A stretch of DNA of 64,000 bases, from positions 288,001 through 352,000 of the forward strand of contig CAWJAX010000002.1 in assembly GCA_963841015.1 (NCBI GenBank). The letters run 5' to 3'. This document shows positions 1-9,420 of this stretch, one piece after another (positions within the stretch are counted from its first letter, which is position 1; each line of letters starts with the position of its first letter). The translations under genes were made by a program, and so were the position numbers. Under the pieces are notes generated by a model. That model made no database searches. It saw only the letters and a list, made by a program, of their open reading frames with translations, and was not told the origin of the DNA. The DNA comes from an uncultured Methanoregulaceae archaeon. GTDB lineage: Archaea > Halobacteriota > Methanomicrobia > Methanomicrobiales > Methanospirillaceae.

Positions 1-1
1 G

Positions 2-358
2 CTTGTTGTCTCTGCAATTACTATCATTGCAGCTGATGGCGCGATCGACGAAGCAGAACTCAATGACCTTGCCAAAATTGTCCGCGGTGACAAAAAATCC
101 ATTGATACTGCGATGCAGGTCATGAAAGAAAACCCCTTCCCCGGGGTAATTGACCTGGTGGTAAAAGCTCTTGATGAGAAGCAGAAGCTTGCTACACTTG
201 CTATCCTGTGCGATATTGCCATGTCCGATGGCGTCCTTGCCGGAGAGGAAAAGAAGATTCTGCAGATGTATATGGACAAGTTTGGCGTCTCTGAGGCAAA
301 GCTTGCACCGATCATCGATGCTATCTCCATCAAGAACAACTTCTCAATCTTCGCTTAA
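2..358 (+). CDS. TerB-family (tellurite resistance-like) protein, 5'-truncated by window edge
   Basis: The frame is open from position 2 (LVVSAITIIAADGAIDEAELNDL...) into the 113..358 ORF. It has two TerB-type 'A(A/M)(S)DG...EE' motifs. Confidence 0.75.
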   Translation, partial: LVVSAITIIAADGAIDEAELNDLAKIVRGDKKSIDTAMQVMKENPFPGVIDLVVKALDEKQKLATLAILCDIAMSDGVLAGEEKKILQMYMDKFGVSEAKLAPIIDAISIKNNFSIFA

Positions 359-513
359 TCTTTTTCTTTTTTTCACAGGATTTGTTCTGCCGCCTCATCA
401 TGACTTCCGGTGTGGAGGTAAATGGGGGTCTGCAAACGCCGCTCGTTCCTGGGTACCGTATTGATTTTTTTTATCGCAAAAAAGATTATCAGAGCCAAAA
501 ATGTGCTCCGGTG

Positions 514-870
514 TTATATCTTTGACTGATCGTACCCTTTTTGTATCCCTGTAGGGTGTGACTTGATATTGCCTCTGCTGCTGCGGTAATATTTCCGGTT
601 TTTCTCCATCGGGTTTGTGGTATCTGACTGTGCTGCAGAACACTGGTTTGATTCGGATTGTATGGCAAGGAAGCAGTCTACCGGATTTTTATCCCCTTCA
701 CAGGTTTTGGTTTTATAATCCTCACAATCATTGCAGGCTGGCACGTGGGATACCAGCACCAGGGGAAAGTGCGCGGTCCAGAGCGTGGCGTCAATTTTGC
801 CCTCGCTCAGGAATTTTCGTACGTGTCGTGCAGTATATTTCATGAGTAAGAATGGACCATTGCGCATCAT
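514..870 (-). CDS. small Cys-cluster hypothetical protein
   Basis: 118-aa ORF with C-x2-C-x7-C-x8-C, co-oriented downstream of the RNB gene. The start could be 843. Confidence 0.45.
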   Translation of the reverse strand: MMRNGPFLLMKYTARHVRKFLSEGKIDATLWTAHFPLVLVSHVPACNDCEDYKTKTCEGDKNPVDCFLAIQSESNQCSAAQSDTTNPMEKNRKYYRSSRGNIKSHPTGIQKGYDQSKI

Positions 871-954
871 ATCAGTATGTAATGGGGAAGAACTGAACAG
901 AGTGGGGTTATGGGGGACAATAAAGGAAGTATTTTTTAAAAAGAACTATGCAAC

Positions 955-2436
955 TTACCTTTTCGCCCTGCCAGTACATTCGAAATCGATGAAACCGTTA
1001 TACGGGTCCGTCTTCAACAGGCGCACCCGTACCTTCTGGCCAACAGTAAGCCCCCGTTCGCCTCGTAAAACCCGGCCTTCAGCCGGCGGTGTAATGAGCC
1101 TGACATAGGTCCCCTTTTCCGAAGCGCCGGTAACGAGTGCATCAAAGGATTCACCGATCCTGGGCTGAAGGAGAACTGCTGCTGCGGCTTTTCTCATGAA
1201 ACGCTCTACTTTTTTGGATCCTTTTTCCCGGCTTGTCAGCCAGGCTGAAAGGTCTTCAAGCTCTTCCCGGGAGTAGGGGCTGGGAACCTTGTCGAGGACC
1301 GACTTCAAGAGACGCTGGTTGATAAGATCGACATAACGCCTGTTCGGAGCGGTAGCGTGTGTATAATCGGTTACTGCGAGACTGAAATGGCCGTATGGCT
1401 CATTACCTGGCTCGAGCATCATGTATTCGCCTGGTCCGAGAAGTTTAATTACGGTAAGGGACAAGTCCGGGAAACGCTCGGGGTCAGCTGCTTTTTGCCT
1501 GATTAAAAATTTAGCAAGCGCTTTTGCATCCGGCTCAGCAGGAAGTTTCTCACCATAGATCGCGGCGGTAGTAACGATCTCCTCCCAGTATTTTGGGATA
1601 CGGACAACCCGCTGTATCATGGGGATACCGGCGTTGCCAAGGAAGTTCACCATAGTACCATTGGCTGCTACCATGAGTTCCTCTATCAGGCACCGCGCCA
1701 TGTTCTGCCTCTGGATGATAAGGTCTCTCACCAGGCCATCCTCCTCCACGACAGCCTGGGCTTCAATGGTGTTTAATTCAAGCGCACCCTGCTCCCTCCG
1801 CTTTTTTTTCAGGCGCCTGATTGCCTCTGTCTGCAGGAGAAGTTGTTCTTTTAACCCAGAAACGTCCCCAACAATCGCAGGTACAGGTGATTTTCCTTCA
1901 AGCCAGTCGCCGGTTTCTTCATAAACAAGTTTTGCCTTGTTGGCTACGACAGCCCGATAAATATTTCCAGGGCGGAAGTTACCATCGGAGAGTACGGTGT
2001 ATTCAATGACGGTTGCCAGATGATCAGTTCCTGGAAGAAGGGAGGTCATGCCTTTGGAGAGCCTGTCCGGCAGCATCGGGAACGTCTCAACGCCGGTATA
2101 TACCGAGGTTCCGTTATGGGCAGCATGCTGGTCGGTCTTCGAGTGTCTCGGGACGTAGGAATCGACATCCGCAATTGCTATCTTTACCTGTATCTCTCCG
2201 CTCTGGCCGGGTTCGCAGTATTCCAGCTGGTCAAGGTCCATGGAGTCGTGGTTGTCGATGGATGACCAGAGGAGCATGCGCAGGTCCTGGGTTTCTTTCC
2301 GGTCGGCGGGGAACGCTTTTTCCGGAAGTGCATTTACTTCTCGGACAACGGCATCCGGGAACCGGGGTTCAAAACCGTATTTCCTCATTGTATTCCCGGC
2401 AATGGCTTTCAGGTCAATGGGGTGGCGGGTTTTCAT
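955..2436 (-). CDS. rnr: RNase II/R-family exoribonuclease (RNB + S1 domains)
   Basis: SIDNHDSMDLDQ catalytic motif, IAIADV, IEELMVAAN, YTHATAPNRRYVDL and a C-terminal S1-like segment. Start set at MKTRHP. Confidence 0.88.
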   Translation of the reverse strand: MKTRHPIDLKAIAGNTMRKYGFEPRFPDAVVREVNALPEKAFPADRKETQDLRMLLWSSIDNHDSMDLDQLEYCEPGQSGEIQVKIAIADVDSYVPRHSKTDQHAAHNGTSVYTGVETFPMLPDRLSKGMTSLLPGTDHLATVIEYTVLSDGNFRPGNIYRAVVANKAKLVYEETGDWLEGKSPVPAIVGDVSGLKEQLLLQTEAIRRLKKKRREQGALELNTIEAQAVVEEDGLVRDLIIQRQNMARCLIEELMVAANGTMVNFLGNAGIPMIQRVVRIPKYWEEIVTTAAIYGEKLPAEPDAKALAKFLIRQKAADPERFPDLSLTVIKLLGPGEYMMLEPGNEPYGHFSLAVTDYTHATAPNRRYVDLINQRLLKSVLDKVPSPYSREELEDLSAWLTSREKGSKKVERFMRKAAAAVLLQPRIGESFDALVTGASEKGTYVRLITPPAEGRVLRGERGLTVGQKVRVRLLKTDPYNGFIDFECTGRAKR

Positions 2437-3006
2437 TTTTGATTGGTAGGGATTTGTTTTGGGGGTATAATTATCTCTTGGCTTTTCCACAGGTAACTAT
2501 TGTGAGCTCCGGAAATAACTGCATTATGAAAACGTAACCTGAATGGGACGTAGGCGCATTTCTCATTTTTGTATATGCGCTGTTCCTGCCATGTTCCACT
2601 ACGGTCAGGGATCACAATTTCAAAGTCTCCATAGGAGAATGTCAGGAAAATGGCCTTTTTATATAAACTTACCGGGAGTTTATATCGATCTCCCGCTGCC
2701 CTTTTTTGTCCTCTGGTGCTATCAACAGGTGTCTGATGTTTATTTCCCGTCGTCCGCCCTTCTGCATTTTTTCAGGTAATCGTGAAGCCGTGATACTTCC
2801 AGATTTGCATTCCGGCACGCGATGATACTTCCCGGATATAATTGATCACACCAAAGAAAACCCGGATCAGGATAGTCAGGACAAAGAATGTGTGAGAAAA
2901 GAGCATGAAATGAAGGGATAAATTCTGCAGCCGGCATACTGCTTTGGGGATTTTATCCTGTTATGTTGATTATTCAGCCAATCCGGCAATTTGATAATCT
3001 TTTTAT

Positions 3007-3027
3007 ACCCCTTTCCTTCCACTGGAG
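3007..3027 (-). promoter_or_regulatory. ORB-like (Orc1/Cdc6-binding) box next to a TATA box
   Basis: The minus strand reads CTCCAGTGGAAGGAAAGGGGT, resembling the archaeal ORB pattern TCCAGTGGAAA-n-GGGGT. TTTATATA lies just upstream (3035-3042). Confidence 0.45.
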
Positions 3028-3365
3028 CGGACGATATATAAAGCCCCAAACCGTCCAAAAGCTCTGTATTCACGATTGTTATACCCGTTTGTTTTGCAAA
3101 ACCATGTCCCTGGGTTCTGGAAGGGAAATTACATCACATCCTTTCCGCAATTCATCTCCTGAATCTGGCATTATGCGCCCGAAATTAAAATCCATCAACA
3201 TCTATGCGTATTTCCAGTAGAAAACACTGGGTTTTTCATGACCGGGAATAATTCGATTTGCACCAAGAAAAAAATCCCTTTTGGTGCAGGTATAATGCAG
3301 GAAAACAGATTAAATCTCATCTTGATATTTGTCTGATTGCGGTAATCAAAAAAAAATGATGCAGA

Positions 3366-4064
3366 TCATGCAGGTGAACTGGTATCCTCAAACAGGTATT
3401 TCCAGACAACCGCTGCAATTACCGCTCCGATGACGGGAGCAACAAGGAACAGCCAGAGTTGTGAAAGTGCGGTACCTCCGGCAACCACGGCGGGTCCAAG
3501 GCTTCGTGCGGGATTCACTGAAGTACCGGTAACAGGGATAGTTACCATATGAATCATGGCGAGCGAAAGCCCGATTGCTATCCCGGCAAAACCGGCAGGT
3601 GCCTTCCTGCTTGTTGCCCCAAAAATGACCATAAGGAAAATAAAGGTCGTAACCACTTCAGCGATACAAGCTGATGTCAGGGAATACCCTCCAAGGTAAT
3701 CTGCACCGTAACCATTTGCTCCAAGGTTAGCAGGTGCAACCTGATACCCGGGAAGTCCGGTCATAATGGCGAGAAGCAGTGCTGATGCAACGATCGCCCC
3801 GATACACTGGACAATGATGTAGCCTATTGCATCTTTTGGGGGAATTTTACCGTTGATAAGCATTGCAATAGTGATTGCGGGGTTAATATGACATCCCGAG
3901 ATCTGGCCGATAGCATATACCATAACGAGGACGGACAGACCAAAAGTCAGAGCAATTCCCAGAACGCCGATCTCTTTTCCGGCTATAACAGCGCTTCCTG
4001 TTCCTATGAATACCAGGACAAAGGTTCCCAGGAATTCAGCCAGGTACTTCTTCCTGTCGCTCAT
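3366..4064 (-). CDS. aqpZ: aquaporin Z (MIP family)
   Basis: Two NPA motifs (ISGCHINPA, SVNPARS) and AEFLGTF. GGAGG RBS before ATG 4064. Confidence 0.93.
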   Translation of the reverse strand: MSDRKKYLAEFLGTFVLVFIGTGSAVIAGKEIGVLGIALTFGLSVLVMVYAIGQISGCHINPAITIAMLINGKIPPKDAIGYIIVQCIGAIVASALLLAIMTGLPGYQVAPANLGANGYGADYLGGYSLTSACIAEVVTTFIFLMVIFGATSRKAPAGFAGIAIGLSLAMIHMVTIPVTGTSVNPARSLGPAVVAGGTALSQLWLFLVAPVIGAVIAAVVWKYLFEDTSSPA

Positions 4065-4216
4065 ATCGAAACCTCCCAAATATTTTGGTTAATAATACCG
4101 ATGCGATATTGTCAACGTTTATATTGATACAGATATCGCAGGATTCGGGCAGCTTTTATCCCTATTCAGAATACTCTAATGTCAGGAAGATAACAGTTAT
4201 ACAAACGAAAGGTGAA

Positions 4217-5167
4217 ATGAAAAAAAATCTCCCCATGACAAAACCATTGAAAACAACTCCCCATGCAGGCCCCTTCCTGAAATGGGCGGGTGGCAAGACA
4301 CAGTTACTCAGGCAGTTGAGCCTACGTCTTCCCCATGAGATAAAAAACGGGGAGATTACACGCTATGTTGAGCCGTTCGTTGGTGGTGGAGCGATGTTTT
4401 TTTATCTTCACCGGAGATTTCCTTTTACCCATAGCACCATTTTCGATGCCAATGAAGAACTCATTCTCATCTGGCGTGTAATAAAAAAATCCCCAAAAAA
4501 ACTGGTCTACGAATTGGAATTACTCGAATCAGCGTATACATCGAAAAGTAATGAAGACAAGGAACGCTTTTACTATCACGTACGGGATTCTTTCAATGAA
4601 AAAAAGCCGGAGATACACTTTCACACCTATGATGCTGAATGGGTAACGAGAGCTGCACAAAGTATCTTTCTCAACCATACCTGCTTCAATGGTCTCTTTC
4701 GCATGAACAGGAAAGGTGAATTCAATGTCCCGTTTGGCAGGTACAAAAATCCCCGGATTCTGAACAAAGATAATCTCCATGATGTTGCTGCTCTGCTAAA
4801 AACGACAACAATTCTTTCGGGTGATTTTACCCGATGCAAAAAATTTGTTGATACCACGACTTTTGTATACCTTGATCCACCCTACCGTCCGCTTAATGAT
4901 ACGTCTTCTTTCACCACCTATTCAAAGGACGGTTTCTCTGATACTGATCAGCGAAGGCTTGCAGAATTCTTTAAAGAACTCGATAAGGAAGGGGCAAAAA
5001 TCATGCTCAGCAATTCAGATCCCAGAAATGAGAATTCCCATGATTCATTCTTTGATGATCTGTATGCGGGTTATACAATTGAACGTGTCCCGGCAAAACG
5101 CATTATCAACTGCAATGGTGCCCGTCGTGGGGAGATCAATGAATTGATAATTACGAACTACCGGTGA
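4217..5167 (+). CDS. Dam/DpnM-family DNA adenine methyltransferase (orphan)
   Basis: PFLKWAGGK, YVEPFVGGGA, FNGLFRMNRKGEFNVPFG and YLDPPY motifs. Confidence 0.92.
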   Translation: MKKNLPMTKPLKTTPHAGPFLKWAGGKTQLLRQLSLRLPHEIKNGEITRYVEPFVGGGAMFFYLHRRFPFTHSTIFDANEELILIWRVIKKSPKKLVYELELLESAYTSKSNEDKERFYYHVRDSFNEKKPEIHFHTYDAEWVTRAAQSIFLNHTCFNGLFRMNRKGEFNVPFGRYKNPRILNKDNLHDVAALLKTTTILSGDFTRCKKFVDTTTFVYLDPPYRPLNDTSSFTTYSKDGFSDTDQRRLAEFFKELDKEGAKIMLSNSDPRNENSHDSFFDDLYAGYTIERVPAKRIINCNGARRGEINELIITNYR

Positions 5168-5503
5168 TACACGGAAGAAGTAAATATCGGATTTTATTTT
5201 TTTAAAATATGCACAAGTATAGAAACGTCCCGTTCCTGTATCTCACTTCCTCTTTTCGAGGACCGTTATAACCTCCTCGTTCCGTAAACAGGAACATAAA
5301 AGCGGGTTCTTTTGTATACCGTCCGGTTTCCTGATGTGCGTTTGTCAACTGAATCGATTCATGTCCCTTTTTAAAAGAATCCTCGCGATTGAATCTTTTC
5401 TTACAGGACTTCTGCACTTTCACGCACTTTCACGCTTCGTATGCCATGCATTGATATTCCTGTGAAGGACTCTTTTTTGAATATGCTGTCTCAAACCGGA
5501 ATA

Positions 5504-5659
5504 ATGGAAAAACCAATCACACACGAAAGCAGGAAAACCATCCAGATACGGAAAAAAATCAAAGAAATATTTGGGTCGGATTGTTTCATGAATGACGATA
5601 TGTTATTAAAGCGCTATACCATCACCAGCGATGGCGAATTAATCGTCATAGTGAAGTGA
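5504..5659 (+). CDS. small hypothetical protein
   Basis: Protein-like 51-aa ORF (MEKPITHESRK...GELIVIVK) in an otherwise empty gap. Confidence 0.4.
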   Translation: MEKPITHESRKTIQIRKKIKEIFGSDCFMNDDMLLKRYTITSDGELIVIVK

Positions 5660-5872
5660 ACAGTGTCACAAGAGAAATGTGCTCAGGTCGATCATATGTC
5701 TCAAACCCTCTTTCCCTTCAGGATACATAATCGGTAATGCCGCCCGGTCAGCAGCAGATGAATCATGAATCGAGGGGCACTTTTTCGTTGACCATTTTTG
5801 TGCATGAGCCAAAATAACGCAGGATACCCAAATATTAACAAAATCTCACGGCATACCTTCATTCGCTGAAAA

Positions 5873-6676
5873 ATGGTGAAAAAACACTACCCGTTCCTGA
5901 TATCAGTTCCTCACGGAGGTACAGAAGTTCCTGATACCGTCCGCCCACTCTTGCTTCTCGATAATGACGATCTCTGTTATTATTGCGATCCCTGTACCCG
6001 GATAATATTCGGATTTGAAGACCGGGTAGCAGCCTATCTTGATAGTCCTGTTTCAAGGATGGTTGTTGACCTCAACCGCCCCCCCTTACCGCTTCCCCTC
6101 CGCGATCCTGACGGAATTATCAAAGTGAGGACAATTGATGGCAGAAATGTGTACCGTCCCGGGATGGTGCCGGATATGAATCTCATCCATCACCTTCTCA
6201 TGACCTGGTATTTTCCCTATCACCAGCGAATAGATGAGCTTATCGACCGGCAGCCTGTCAGGATTGCATTTGACTGCCATTCGATGCTCCCGTATGGTTC
6301 TGCCGACCAGAAGGATGCCGGCAAATCACGTCCGTTAATCTGTCTTGGAAACAATGGTGACCGGCAGGGCAGGGCCAGAAAAGGAAGTATCGCCACCTGT
6401 CCCGTGGAGTTTATCACAACCCTTTCGGATGTATTTAAAGAGGAGTTTTCTTTTGACAGGGAGGTGGCAATCAATAATCCTTTCTCCGGTGGTTTTATCG
6501 CAAACGCACATTTCTGGCACAAGGGAATCCCCTGGATCCAGATCGAAATAAATCGTTCGCTCTATGAACCTGACGGCTCTTCTGTTCATCCCCCCACAGA
6601 GTCAGACGATCAGGTTACCCGGCTCAGGGAAAAGATCTGGAAGGTATTAACTACCTTCTGGAACCGTGTCGGATAA
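5873..6676 (+). CDS. N-formylglutamate amidohydrolase family protein
   Basis: ISVPHGG, SRMVVDLNR, YFPYH, DCHSM, NNPFSGG and IQIEINRSLY motifs. Confidence 0.9.
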   Translation: MVKKHYPFLISVPHGGTEVPDTVRPLLLLDNDDLCYYCDPCTRIIFGFEDRVAAYLDSPVSRMVVDLNRPPLPLPLRDPDGIIKVRTIDGRNVYRPGMVPDMNLIHHLLMTWYFPYHQRIDELIDRQPVRIAFDCHSMLPYGSADQKDAGKSRPLICLGNNGDRQGRARKGSIATCPVEFITTLSDVFKEEFSFDREVAINNPFSGGFIANAHFWHKGIPWIQIEINRSLYEPDGSSVHPPTESDDQVTRLREKIWKVLTTFWNRVG

Positions 6677-6860
6677 CCAACCAGAGTATCGCTTATCGGG
6701 AAACTCTAAATTTCTTTGACGGTGTTGTGCAATAAAGAACGAACCGACAATGCCGTTATTTGCCCTGCCAGGTCTTGCTTACTCCGGGTAATGGAGAAGG
6801 AACAACAATACGGCTGAGCATCAAAAATATGAAAACGGTGATACCAGAATTATTGAAGCG

Positions 6861-7670
6861 TTAGTTCCGTATCCGGTGCTTCTCGAGACGACCATCATAA
6901 TATACCATGACCGTGATCTCATCTCCCCGTTTAAACCTCCTCAACCGGTCATCGTATACCTTCTGCACGTGACGGAGACGGTGACGGCTGAAATAAACCT
7001 GCATGAATTCGAGAAACTGAATTTCATGCGTGAGGAACGCATTCTCGTATTCCTTAGTCTCGCGGGCGAGATGGAGGCTCTCCTCCTCAGAAATGACCGT
7101 GCCATACTCCCCATGCTGATCAAGCCCGGAGAACTGACGCCAGTCAATCTTCCCCTGATTATCAGGTTCTCGGTGGAGCATATACGGGTAAATGCGGCAG
7201 ATGGTAAAACGGCGGTCATAAATCCGGCACCTGCCATTTTCCAGAAACCAGCAGGATACGGTATCGTCCTCCTGTGTCCGTACTGCATAACCGGAAACAT
7301 AGAAAATGCCATTCTGGTCGCAAAATTCCGGTGCAGGGGCAGGTTCGAGAGAAGAAGGATCAAGGGCTTTTACCACGGTTACGTCCCGATCGAGCAGGAA
7401 TACATGACCGTTAAATGACCGGGTACAGCACTTCGCGCACGATGTACACCGAAACCCTATCTCCTTAATAATCCCGGCGAGACGCTCTACAGGGTATTCA
7501 AAAAGGCTGTTGCGTTCCTGTGTCAACACAGCGATGCGATAAGGAATTGGAGTTAAGGAAACGGGGATCACCTCACCGGCATTACCAGAATCTGTGGCGG
7601 CGCACCTTATTGCTTTTGCGAGAGTATCCGTGCTGTGCAGCTCAAAAGTATCCTCTGGCATCTGAATCAT
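6861..7670 (-). CDS. YkgJ-family (UPF0153) Fe-S/Zn cysteine-cluster protein
   Basis: FRCTSCAKCC ... CWFLENGRCRIYDRRFTICRIYPY. Confidence 0.88.
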   Translation of the reverse strand: MIQMPEDTFELHSTDTLAKAIRCAATDSGNAGEVIPVSLTPIPYRIAVLTQERNSLFEYPVERLAGIIKEIGFRCTSCAKCCTRSFNGHVFLLDRDVTVVKALDPSSLEPAPAPEFCDQNGIFYVSGYAVRTQEDDTVSCWFLENGRCRIYDRRFTICRIYPYMLHREPDNQGKIDWRQFSGLDQHGEYGTVISEEESLHLARETKEYENAFLTHEIQFLEFMQVYFSRHRLRHVQKVYDDRLRRFKRGDEITVMVYYDGRLEKHRIRN

Positions 7671-7714
7671 TTTTTAAAAATTCATAGAACAGCACAGCAT
7701 TTTAGTCTTCATAC

Positions 7715-8623
7715 GTGATAGTAAGCCTGATGGAACCGGTACGGAAACGTGTCAGAACTCTTGAAATTAATGCCGGAAAGGAGCGGTATATTCTCATCCT
7801 GGATTCTGAAGATTTTTCTGCGCTCTATCCCGGGATGATAAGGTATACCCTGACCGCTAATGACGGGGAGCGGATAATTTCTGTATTCCGCACCAATTCC
7901 TTTGAATATTCCCCGCTTGTCCCGCTTGCTGCAGAGGCTGTTGCAAATCAAACCGCAGATGAATGGGAACGTGAAATCCGGAACAATCCCCTGGATTTTA
8001 TCCTGAATCACCGCCAGGGGGTACAAAAACGTGAGGCAGCTCTCACCTCGGATCTCGTCGTAATCCAGGGAAGCCCGCGGGCTCTGGGGAATTGCGGTAT
8101 CCTTGCGGGCTGGGCAGTTGATGCAGCGCATGAACTCGGCAGGACGGCTCAGGTCATTTACCCACATGACATGGATATCCGGTGCTGTATCGGGTGCTAC
8201 CAGTGTTATAATACCGGCACCTGTGTCTTTGACGACGATATGGGAAATATCATAGGTGCTATAAGGGAAGCATCGCTCCTCGTTATATGTACTCCGGTCT
8301 ACACCAACACGGTTCCCGGCGGGCTCAAGCTGCTCATTGACCGGTGTCAGGCATACCATGCTGAGCGAATACTGGCAGGAGGCCGGACAGGACAAAAAGG
8401 ATTGATCTTTTCTGTCGCCGGGAGAAAAGGGGAGGAGAATTTTACCTGTGTCACCCAGGTAATTTCGGCGTTTTTAAGAAATCTTGGCATTACACCTGTT
8501 GGGGAGATCCTGATTGACCGTATCGATTCGGTGAGGGATATCCGGACTATCGCCGGTCTTGAAGATGCCGTCAGGAAAAAAGTGAAACACTGCCTGATCA
8601 CGAATAAGCTACCGGAAAAGTAA
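7715..8623 (+). CDS. flavodoxin-like iron-sulfur flavoprotein with extra N-terminal domain
   Basis: GSPR, CIGCYQC-x5-C, TPVY and LKLLIDR motifs, preceded by ~110 aa of unknown function. Confidence 0.85.
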   Translation: MIVSLMEPVRKRVRTLEINAGKERYILILDSEDFSALYPGMIRYTLTANDGERIISVFRTNSFEYSPLVPLAAEAVANQTADEWEREIRNNPLDFILNHRQGVQKREAALTSDLVVIQGSPRALGNCGILAGWAVDAAHELGRTAQVIYPHDMDIRCCIGCYQCYNTGTCVFDDDMGNIIGAIREASLLVICTPVYTNTVPGGLKLLIDRCQAYHAERILAGGRTGQKGLIFSVAGRKGEENFTCVTQVISAFLRNLGITPVGEILIDRIDSVRDIRTIAGLEDAVRKKVKHCLITNKLPEK

Positions 8624-8625
8624 TC

Positions 8626-8808
8626 TTAAAAGAAATCTGCAATAACACTCCCTGCATCATGCCGTTTGAGATGATGTGCGTCGTTGTTGTATATTCCCTG
8701 GCCATCGGATTTGCACCAGGCAATTATTTTTTTAAATAAGGCTGGTAGTATTTTCATCGTAATGATCCGGCTCCTCATGAAAATAATCTGGCGAAAAAAC
8801 TGAATCAT
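8626..8808 (-). CDS. small hypothetical protein
   Basis: 60-aa ORF exactly filling the gap between 8623 and 8844. Confidence 0.3.
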   Translation of the reverse strand: MIQFFRQIIFMRSRIITMKILPALFKKIIAWCKSDGQGIYNNDAHHLKRHDAGSVIADFF

Positions 8809-8843
8809 GAATCCAATGGAATAGAAAAAAAAGGGAAAAAAGA

Positions 8844-9338
8844 TTAGTTGTATGTCCTGAACGGTACGTAGTCATCGAAGATCTTGACCTTAGTTCCCTG
8901 AGGATCAGTCGCCCATACTTCTGCACGGTCAGCATACCCGGGTGCGGTAGTGCTGGCCAGAGACACAGAATCCCCGACTTTCAGCGGTTTAAGAATATTC
9001 CCGTTCTCCACTATACCGTCAGACCTTGTGACTCTGACATCAACCTGCTGGATAAAATTGAGCCCTTTACCGCCCCGCACCGTAGTGATTATCTGCGGAT
9101 CCGGGGCAAAACCATTGCTCTGGACCTGAACCTCGATGTACCACGCTTCAGGCAGGGTCTGGGTAGGCCCGGGCGTCGAAGAAACTGATGTTGATGAGGC
9201 TTTGGGTGTTGCTGCTGCTGTGGTGGCTGCCGGTGTTGGGGTTGGTGTTACCGGTGCTGCAGGCTGTGTGCACCCGGCTGCCATGGCAAGCACTGCGCAG
9301 AGCACGAGTGCTGATGTAATTACCAGGATCTTATTCAT
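8844..9338 (-). CDS. secreted lipoprotein with Pro/Thr/Ala linker
   Basis: Signal peptide with lipobox AAGC, a PTPTP/ATT linker and a beta-rich C-terminal domain. Confidence 0.82.
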   Translation of the reverse strand: MNKILVITSALVLCAVLAMAAGCTQPAAPVTPTPTPAATTAAATPKASSTSVSSTPGPTQTLPEAWYIEVQVQSNGFAPDPQIITTVRGGKGLNFIQQVDVRVTRSDGIVENGNILKPLKVGDSVSLASTTAPGYADRAEVWATDPQGTKVKIFDDYVPFRTYN

Positions 9339-9420
9339 ACCGGATAATTATATGGGCGGGGTATTTGATGCTTGTGTCTTTTTTTTATGCGAGTACAGGA
9401 ATAAAAAAGAGGAACCGGTA

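Noticed and set aside
5414-5435. GCACTTTCAC tandem duplication
   Set aside because: Only two units with no spacers: not CRISPR and no evident function.
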